Source: Oligoflexales bacterium
Lineage (GTDB): Bacteria; Bdellovibrionota_B; Oligoflexia; Oligoflexales; Bog-1112
Length of the DNA: 46,023 nt
Reading direction: 5' to 3'
Assembly (NCBI GenBank): GCA_045105515.1
Contig: JBGCDR010000029.1
Span: 1 to 46,023 of the forward strand
Part shown: positions 39,103 through 46,023 of the stretch, piece by piece
How the letters are laid out: each line of letters begins with the position of its first letter
Position numbering within the stretch: the stretch's first letter is position 1
Translations under genes and position numbers: made by a program
The notes under the pieces: model-generated
The model's input: the letters and a program-made list of their open reading frames with translations, nothing else
Databases searched by the model: none
What the model was told of the DNA's origin: nothing

Positions 39103-39477
39103 ATGAAGCTTAATTCAAATTTGGTTAATGATATAAAAAAGCGAGCACAAGAGTTGGTTCCATACACCAATATTGAAAAGACAAAGAAAGACCTTGAGAA
39201 GATCCTAAAAGCGCGTTACCAAAAATTCGAGCCAAGTTTAGTCAGTATGTATAAGGGTTTTAGGAAAAATGCAGAACGGTATGGGGTTCCTATGAATACG
39301 CTGGAAGCCAAAATACATGATTCTTATGAATTGACTGTTTATCGCCTAGAAAAGGTTGGTAAATTGATTCCTTTTTTAGAGAAAAACCAAAAGTCTCAGC
39401 ATAAGTCAAGTAAGCCTACCGCAAAAAAGAAAGCACGGGCCAAAAGCCAGTCAAAAGCCGCTGCAAGCAAGGCTTAA
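39103..39477 (+). CDS. Small basic hypothetical protein with a K/A/S-rich tail
   Basis: ATG 39103 after GAGG/AGGA; amphipathic helices, tail KPTAKKKARAKSQSKAAASKA. Confidence 0.65.
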   Translation: MKLNSNLVNDIKKRAQELVPYTNIEKTKKDLEKILKARYQKFEPSLVSMYKGFRKNAERYGVPMNTLEAKIHDSYELTVYRLEKVGKLIPFLEKNQKSQHKSSKPTAKKKARAKSQSKAAASKA

Positions 39478-39499
39478 TCTATAGCTAATGCTTGGGTGC

Positions 39500-40795
39500 C
39501 TATTCATCTGGCTCCTTCAGGTTTTTTCCCTGGTAAATCTGTCTTGGGCGTCCAATTTTCATATTCGGGTCTTCGAGTAATTCTTTCCATTGAGCTAGCC
39601 ATCCAGGTAGTCTACCTAGAGCAAACATAGCAGTAAACATTTGACTAGGAATATTGAGTGCTTTGTAAATTATTCCCGAGTAGAAATCTACGTTAGGATA
39701 AAGCTTACGATCTACAAAATAAGGGTCACTTAAAGCTTCTTTTTCGAGCCCTTTTGCCAAATCTAGCAGAGGATCTGAAATGCCGAGCTGGTCTAAAACA
39801 TTGTCGCATGCCTTTTTAATGATCTGGGCCCGGGGGTCAAAATTCTTGTAAACTCGGTGTCCAAATCCCATGAGTCTAAAGGGATCATTCTTGTCTTTGG
39901 CTTTTTCAACAAACTTCTTGTAACCACCCCCGTCACTGTGCATTTTTTCGAGCATTTCAATCACTGCCTGATTAGCTCCCCCATGAAGTGGGCCCCATAG
40001 TCCATTAATTCCGGATGCAATAGCAGCATAGGGATTTGCTTTTGAAGATCCAACAAGGCGGACGGATGAAGTTGAACAATTTTGCTCATGATCTGCATGG
40101 AGGATTAATAGGGTATTTAGCGCATCTTTGACCACAGGATTTAATTGCTCATATGGGGTATCTCTAAACATCATATGGTAAAAGTCTTCAATATAATCTT
40201 TGTTTGAGTCAGATTCGACAAAATCGAGCTTGGCATCAATCCGGTAGCACATTGCAGTGATATTCTTAACTTGAGCTGTGATGTGATAGATAGCTTGCAT
40301 GCGGTCTTCTGAACTGAGATCCTGTTTTAAGAGCTCTGGCTTTTCAGCAGAAAGAGCTACTACCAGAGATGAAAGTACTCCCATGGGGTGGGTTTCAGAG
40401 GGTAATGCTTTTCCAATATTTTTTGTGGACTCGCTAGTTTTGTGGTTTTTTTTAAGTCCAGTGAGGAATGCATTTACTTGATCTTGATTAGGCTTTTCCC
40501 CATGAAGTAGTAGGTAGGAAACTTCTATAAAGCTAGCTTTTTCTGCCAACTCTTCAATAGGATAACCCCTGTATCTTAGAATCCCTTTTTCACCATCAAG
40601 GTATGTGATCTTTGATTGGCAAGACGCAGTATTGACGAAACCAGGATCAACACAGATATATCCTGTACTTGAACGAAGCTTGCTGATGTCGAGCCCTTTT
40701 TCTCCTTCGCTGCCTTCTATGATAGGTAATTCTATTTGATGTCCTTCGATGTCTAAAATACCATTCATGCTTGTTTGTAGCTTTCTGATTCCCAT
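39500..40795 (-). CDS. gltA: Citrate synthase (type II)
   Basis: DPGFVNTASC, LRYRGYPIE, LHADHEQNCST, GPLHGGAN, GFGHRVY, YPNVDFYSG. Confidence 0.98.
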   Translation of the reverse strand: MGIRKLQTSMNGILDIEGHQIELPIIEGSEGEKGLDISKLRSSTGYICVDPGFVNTASCQSKITYLDGEKGILRYRGYPIEELAEKASFIEVSYLLLHGEKPNQDQVNAFLTGLKKNHKTSESTKNIGKALPSETHPMGVLSSLVVALSAEKPELLKQDLSSEDRMQAIYHITAQVKNITAMCYRIDAKLDFVESDSNKDYIEDFYHMMFRDTPYEQLNPVVKDALNTLLILHADHEQNCSTSSVRLVGSSKANPYAAIASGINGLWGPLHGGANQAVIEMLEKMHSDGGGYKKFVEKAKDKNDPFRLMGFGHRVYKNFDPRAQIIKKACDNVLDQLGISDPLLDLAKGLEKEALSDPYFVDRKLYPNVDFYSGIIYKALNIPSQMFTAMFALGRLPGWLAQWKELLEDPNMKIGRPRQIYQGKNLKEPDE

Positions 40796-41172
40796 ACCTC
40801 CTCCTAAACCTCAGGTTACTTTGACTAACGGAATCGCCCTTTATTCTGCCAAGACATCCTTCGGCCAACTCTAGCCTTTTTTTAATGGGGGAAATTACCA
40901 GTATACTAGCTTTGTTATTAAAGACTTATAAACAGTCTAGATATATGACTTAAAAGCTCCTAATTTAGTTCTTTTTGGGTTTGAAGGGTCCTGAAATTAG
41001 ACCCCTAGATCAAATTTCTAATAGGCTGAAAACTATCAATTTTTATCTTTTCTTAGACCTTCTCTTAAGTGAGGAGCGAGAAATGCCGATAAGTGCCGCA
41101 AGGATTAACAGATAGTTTACGAATCCGCATCTAAATAGCATTGAACATTTTGATAAGCAAATAGGTATTATC

Positions 41173-42528
41173 GTGAGTGTACATAGAAGATTTTTGTTAT
41201 TAATAATCAGTATATGGATGTTTGGAGCATGCTCCCCCACAAATAGTCGTGACGCTTCATCGGCAAAGCAAGGAGGAGCTGACGAACCCATAGGGCTTGG
41301 TAGCGATTCCGGTTCTACGCAAGAGCAACCAGAAATAGATCAAAGGTTTGTTCCTTTAGAAAAAGTAAGCAGTTTTGATTTGGATGATCAAAAATTTAGT
41401 GTGGTTGCACTAGCTATCGGTAGTAAAACTTTTATGAATTCAGAATCTTCAGTTGTAATTTATAAGCTCCCAAGAGACGCTGATTATGTGGAAATCCTTA
41501 GATGTAAACACGATACAATTTTGAGCGGCGGGGTTAATCCAATCAGTTTGGTTGAATTAGAGATATCTGGCTTGAGTGATTCTGAAAAAGCTCAGGCTTA
41601 CCGGCAAAATAACTATTTTAGAGTAGCTGAAGATAGTAAAGGTTGTGAGTTAGTTACAGATGGACACTTGGGAGAGAACTTTATTGATAGTTTTAGTCCT
41701 TCTGGTGCTTTTCGTTACCTTGTGCGTTCATGTGTAGCTCCGGGCCGATTGATAGATAAGGAAAGACTTACCTCACGCAATTGTTCTCTACGTGTGGCAA
41801 TTTCGAGCGAAGTCAACTATACCAACGCTCGTAAGGCTAAAGAGCAGCAAGCTTTAAAACTAACATCAGTTTATGCAGCAAGAATAGATGCGACTACCAC
41901 GGCAATGCGTGCTATTGCGGAGGATGGTAACGAAGCTCTTGAAGAATGTATGGAGCGCAACCGCCAAAGAATTATAGACAAAACTATCCGTGACGCTTGG
42001 ATTACCATGGCATCAGCTGTAGTTGAGGTAGGAATTGAGCTAGTTACGATTAGCCCAGGACCTAGCGCCGGTGGTAAAACTAGCAAGCTTCAGTACTATA
42101 CGGCCGGAAGAAGAAGTGGAGATGCAGGTCAGCTTAGCTTTTCAAGAAACCTAGATCGCTTGCAGCTTTTAGGAGCTACCCAGGGCTACCTCCTGTCAGA
42201 TACTTTTATTAAGCTTTTTGGTAGTTCTCATGATATGGAAAGGTCTTGTGCCCGACATGACCGCTTGATAAACGATTACTTTATTCTTGAAAATTCACTC
42301 ATAGATTACGCCTTTCAGTTCCACCATTATATGGAAGTTGCGCGCTTGGCACAGATAAGCCAACTGGTAGTAGACGGAGTCGAAGTACGGGTACCTTCCG
42401 TAGAGGACTATCGCAACTATGAAGAGGAGGAACTTCCACCTCCTCCTGAGAGCATTGATGATGAAGAATTAGAGAGCAATGATGACGAAGAGAATGAAGA
42501 AGATACCACAGGCTCAGAAGATGCTTAA
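41173..42528 (+). CDS. Hypothetical lipoprotein A (paralogue of the next gene)
   Basis: Lipobox-like FGAC, six further Cys shared with the next gene, acidic C-terminal tail. Confidence 0.8.
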   Translation: MSVHRRFLLLIISIWMFGACSPTNSRDASSAKQGGADEPIGLGSDSGSTQEQPEIDQRFVPLEKVSSFDLDDQKFSVVALAIGSKTFMNSESSVVIYKLPRDADYVEILRCKHDTILSGGVNPISLVELEISGLSDSEKAQAYRQNNYFRVAEDSKGCELVTDGHLGENFIDSFSPSGAFRYLVRSCVAPGRLIDKERLTSRNCSLRVAISSEVNYTNARKAKEQQALKLTSVYAARIDATTTAMRAIAEDGNEALEECMERNRQRIIDKTIRDAWITMASAVVEVGIELVTISPGPSAGGKTSKLQYYTAGRRSGDAGQLSFSRNLDRLQLLGATQGYLLSDTFIKLFGSSHDMERSCARHDRLINDYFILENSLIDYAFQFHHYMEVARLAQISQLVVDGVEVRVPSVEDYRNYEEEELPPPPESIDDEELESNDDEENEEDTTGSEDA

Positions 42529-42549
42529 GGCTCTGACAAAGGAAGTGCT

Positions 42550-43896
42550 ATGAATCACAAGTTTGCAATTATAGTGACTCATAAACCAAAGGTTTTTAGA
42601 GTACTTTTTATTTTAATATCTACGCTGATACTGAGTTGTAACCCTCAATCAAGTAGCAGTAATCAGCAGAGGGATGTGAGAAATACTACGGGGTTTGGGT
42701 CAGATTCTGATGAAAATACTGCAGCTACAGATGACAACGAAAACAGTGGTACTAGCTCTGCAGGTGGCACTAGAATTTATCTCTCTCCATTTGAGGCTAG
42801 GGTAGCAGTTGCGAAGGAGGTTACCTTAGGCGAATCATTTGTTGTTGAAGATTTTAAGGTACCACGTCTTAGATTTACTTATGACAAAGCAGATTTCGTC
42901 CAGGTTTTAAGGTGTGTAGCAAGCCGTAAGATGGAAACTCTCACAGGGGAAGACGTGCGTCATTTAGCTGGACGACCTGGTCAGCAATCAGCATTGCAGT
43001 GGGCTTGGACTACGGCAGTTGAAGATCGACGTAGATGTAAATTTGTGGGAGAAAAAATAGTTAGCCCTGATTTTGCAGATTTAGCTGCTCCGAAAGGCGA
43101 GTACTATTATGTGATTAACCCCTGCGTCTTGAGTGAAAATTCAGTCCTTAAAAAGGAAGCTTGTAGCTTTAATCTTGTACTTACTTATCCAGTTACTGTC
43201 ACTAATACCTTCAATGATGAGGTGAAGACGAAAAATTTTGAGCTTTCTAAAGCAGAAGGCTCACTAAATGCAAGGCTTGTAGCAGCACAACATTTGGCTA
43301 AGAAAATTGAGATTCATTTGACCGCTTGTGAAAATATGGTGGCAAAAGATAAAGCTCTTAATGACTTTAAGAAAGGCATAACTCAGCTCGGATTCATGGT
43401 TGTTGGCGCTGTGATTGGTGGTGCATTGCTGGGGCCTTTGAGTGGTCCAAATGGTGCGGTTATGCTGGGTCAGATGTTTGGAACCCTGGGAGCGAATTAT
43501 TTTTATACCAGCGTTTTAGGCTTACCTTCAGATGTTTTCAATGAATGCATCGATCCCACTGTGGTAGAAACTACCGAAGAGCAGCGAAAAGAAGCTGCTG
43601 AGATAGATAAACGGTTCAATCCCAACCCAGCGAAAACAGGCGAGGTTGCTCAGGCTAACGATCGGGGCCAAAGGGGCAAGTATGAAGAAGAGTACCAAGT
43701 GCAGGCACTTACGAAGCAGTTACGGGATATGCTTGCTGAAGATGGGCCCATAGCTAAAGACACTGCATGGGTGCAGGAGGTTCTAGACGATCTAAAGCTT
43801 CTCGATGTTCAGGTTATAAATTTAGATTACAAACAGGTTCAGGCTACAACAGGTATAGATATTAATGATATTTCTACTTATCCATCAGGGCCCTAG
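42550..43896 (+). CDS. Hypothetical lipoprotein B with a glycine-zipper hydrophobic hairpin
   Basis: Lipobox-like ILSC, GFMVVGAVIGGALLGPLSGPNGAVMLGQMFGTLG. Confidence 0.8.
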   Translation: MNHKFAIIVTHKPKVFRVLFILISTLILSCNPQSSSSNQQRDVRNTTGFGSDSDENTAATDDNENSGTSSAGGTRIYLSPFEARVAVAKEVTLGESFVVEDFKVPRLRFTYDKADFVQVLRCVASRKMETLTGEDVRHLAGRPGQQSALQWAWTTAVEDRRRCKFVGEKIVSPDFADLAAPKGEYYYVINPCVLSENSVLKKEACSFNLVLTYPVTVTNTFNDEVKTKNFELSKAEGSLNARLVAAQHLAKKIEIHLTACENMVAKDKALNDFKKGITQLGFMVVGAVIGGALLGPLSGPNGAVMLGQMFGTLGANYFYTSVLGLPSDVFNECIDPTVVETTEEQRKEAAEIDKRFNPNPAKTGEVAQANDRGQRGKYEEEYQVQALTKQLRDMLAEDGPIAKDTAWVQEVLDDLKLLDVQVINLDYKQVQATTGIDINDISTYPSGP

Positions 43897-44185
43897 GGTT
43901 AAAAATTTCCTGGCATTCTTCCATAATTCTCTCGTCATCAACTACTCTGCCTAATCCATAGGTTTCACAGCTTTCTAATATTTTATCAAACAAAACATCA
44001 CCTTTGTGCTCGTCTGCTACCAAACAAACTGCGATTATAGCAAGTTCACTCTGCTTGTGCTCAGGTTTTGCTAAGACTTTATAGCGACTTTGAAGCTTTA
44101 CACATAAGCTTGTAGCACCCCGGGTCCAGTCTTTAGCTGGGTAGCAATCCTCATCGAAAACAACCTTCATTGCAGCAATAAGCAT
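43874..44185 (-). CDS. Small protein, DUF503/YlxP-like
   Basis: ATG 44185 after GGAG SD; ~103 aa alpha/beta pattern 'SLCVKLQSRYKV..SELAIIAVCLV'. Confidence 0.55.
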   Translation of the reverse strand: MLIAAMKVVFDEDCYPAKDWTRGATSLCVKLQSRYKVLAKPEHKQSELAIIAVCLVADEHKGDVLFDKILESCETYGLGRVVDDERIMEECQEIFNPRALMDK

Positions 44186-44266
44186 AAGATCTCCACGTCG
44201 TTCTATAACTATTAAAATCAATATTACTATTGCGCGGTTTTTCTCAGGCACGAATTTGGGCGCGGA

Positions 44267-44884
44267 TTACTTCAAGCCTAAGAAATCTGCAGTCATATGA
44301 GGGGCTGAGTTGCTTTGCAGCACAACTATCTTCGCATATTGCTGCGTCTGCTGAATACTTTTATGACTGAGCATAGCTTGAATAACCGCCAAATCCTTTC
44401 CTACCATCAATGCGATAATCCTGGAGGTGTGTTGGGTAATTTGGCAACCCCTCCAAGGAAGGTCGAGAGCCTCAAATGCATTAATGAAATTCCTTCTAAC
44501 TGAGTCGCAATGTAGGATGTTATTAGTTATCGAGTTAAAAAAAACAGGCCATTTTCCTGAAATCAGTATTTTTAAATTTTTTTTAATTCCCCAACCAAAA
44601 TTGGCGGTAGATTTTTGGTCCTAATAGATTCCTCTGTTTTAACATTTTCTTGGAATGTAGCCTTTCTAGATTATGTATGCCAAGTTTACTGTCCTTATGA
44701 TTTGAACTAATGGTTTTTCGCAATCCAATTGAACAGCATCCCAACACAAGCCTACTGCTTCCCCTATCCGACATCCAGTTAAAATCATAAATATCGCCAT
44801 ACGATAATAGACTATGTCAGGCATGTTGGCTTTTAAATGTTCTAACCAAAGGCTAACATCTTTTGGATCAATATAATAGTTAGG
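44267..44884 (-). pseudogene. Degenerate tyrosine recombinase/integrase, C-terminal catalytic part
   Basis: Manual translation across frames: ILTGCRIGEAVGLCWDAVQL; KTEESIRTKNLP; WRGCQITQHT; IQAMLSHKSIQQTQQYAK. At least two frameshifts and one stop; cut by IS3 at 44885. Confidence 0.88.
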
Positions 44885-44914
44885 TGAACTGGCCCCATTT
44901 CTCCGGACACTCTT

Positions 44915-45808
44915 CTAAGCAGATTCTTCGAACCCCTCTGGGGACTTGTAACCAAGGGCAGAATGTAGCCTAATTCGATTATAGTAGACTTCTACATATT
45001 CAAATATAGCAGATCGTGCCTGCTCATGACTTTCAAATATTTTTCCTCTAATCAGTTCTCGTTTTAGAGTACTAAAAAGACTTTCCGCATGAGCATTGTC
45101 AAAACAGTGATCTTTTCCAGTCATACTTTGCTTGTATCCAAGCCGTTTAAGCCTTCGTCTAAGTTTCTTTGCTTTATACTGACCACCCTTATCGCTATGA
45201 AATAGAGTCACTTTTTTTGTTGTTCGTTGATTGTGTGCCATCTTAAATGCTTCCAATACAAGATCTACCTTCATATTTTCTTTGAGTGACCAGCCAACAA
45301 TCCTTCTAGAAAACAGATCCATAACCGTACAAAGATAGAGCCAGCCATACCTAGTTCGAATATAGGTGATATCTGAAACCCAGATGTCCTCAACGCCTTT
45401 ACAGGAAGCATCTTTTGTAAGATTCGGGCTATCTTCAAGTGATGGATTTGGTATCGTAGTCCTTTTAGTCGCCTTCGGTACATAGCCTGCAATATCTATT
45501 ATTTTCATTTGTCTCTCCACTCTATTAATTGAAGGCTGAATACCCAAATTCGCCTCTCTTAGTGCAGCCGTTAGGCGACGACGGCCATAGGTTTCGCGAG
45601 AAGCTTCAAATATTGGAAGCAGATGGTCTTTTATTGTTTCATTTTCTTTTTTTCTCTTGCCTATTTTGCCGTTGAGCCATTCATAATAGCCAGATCGGGA
45701 TACTTCCATCGCTCTACACAGTACTGACACTGGGTAAACGGCCCATTCAGCTTTTATGAACTCAAACCGTCTTACTTTTGGCTCGCGAAGAAGACAGCCG
45801 CCTTTTTT
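44915..45808 (-). CDS. IS3 transposase OrfB (DDE), reached by -1 frameshift
   Basis: WVSDITYI, DLFSRRIVGW, FHSDKGGQY, DNAHAESLF, YYNRIRLHSALGY; -1 frame open from AAAAAAG at 45808-45802. Confidence 0.93.
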   Translation of the reverse strand, partial: KKGGCLLREPKVRRFEFIKAEWAVYPVSVLCRAMEVSRSGYYEWLNGKIGKRKKENETIKDHLLPIFEASRETYGRRRLTAALREANLGIQPSINRVERQMKIIDIAGYVPKATKRTTIPNPSLEDSPNLTKDASCKGVEDIWVSDITYIRTRYGWLYLCTVMDLFSRRIVGWSLKENMKVDLVLEAFKMAHNQRTTKKVTLFHSDKGGQYKAKKLRRRLKRLGYKQSMTGKDHCFDNAHAESLFSTLKRELIRGKIFESHEQARSAIFEYVEVYYNRIRLHSALGYKSPEGFEESA

Positions 45809-46023
45809 AAGATTTCGTTCTCCTGTCGAAGCTGTTTGAGTTCATCCTTGAGTAGCTTGTTCTCTTGCAGGGCATCAAGCCGGTTATTAGCATCCTCAGT
45901 AGCTTTTTGTTGGCCTATTTTAGCTCTCCATCCCGAAAGCTGGTTAATAGGCACTCCAAGCTCATCAGCGACGTCTCCGAGACTCACACCATCTTGGTAT
46001 GACATTTCTACTGCTCTTTTTTT
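45772..46023 (-). CDS. IS3 transposase OrfA (5'-truncated by the window edge)
   Basis: HTH VADELGV...W and leucine zipper LKQLRQENEILKKAAVFFA; frame runs off the window. Confidence 0.9.
   Translation of the reverse strand, partial: KKRAVEMSYQDGVSLGDVADELGVPINQLSGWRAKIGQQKATEDANNRLDALQENKLLKDELKQLRQENEILKKAAVFFASQK

Larger units (their letters stand above)
44885..46023 (-). mobile_element. IS3-family insertion sequence (left end outside the window)
   Basis: Terminal IR TGAACTGGCCCCATTTCTCCGGACAC at 44885-44910; orfA/orfB with A6G frameshift. Confidence 0.93.

Noticed and set aside
44315..44774. Three 62-65 aa ORFs in the track
   Set aside because: Antisense or off-frame to the integrase pseudogene

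Overview
A ~46 kb, moderately AT-rich bacterial chromosomal segment, mostly core genome. The gene styles suggest a Bdellovibrionota/Oligoflexia-like or deltaproteobacterial organism (inference only). It holds RNA-modification genes (Dus, THUMP methyltransferase, EVE), rhomboid+RDD, a cyclophilin, fatty-acid genes (fadE, fadF-like Fe-S protein, fabD, delta-9 desaturase, acyl-CoA ligase), rpmF, yceD-rpsB-tsf-pyrH-frr with a t44-like leader, a sigma54 activator, a GT4+wcaJ pair, an OmpR-type regulator+Hpt pair, an M1 aminopeptidase and gltA. The right end has an unannotated, decayed tyrosine-integrase pseudogene cut by an IS3-family element. The most interesting signals: (1) two tandem paralogous Cys-conserved lipoproteins with an FN3-like domain, coiled coil and hydrophobic hairpin, a candidate two-component membrane-inserting/pore-forming system; (2) an acyl-CoA ligase carrying an export signal; (3) four 11-bp-phased direct repeats upstream of the desaturase, near an OmpR-family regulator; (4) several candidate structured RNAs, notably in the fadE leader. 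No CRISPR, rRNA or tRNA was seen.
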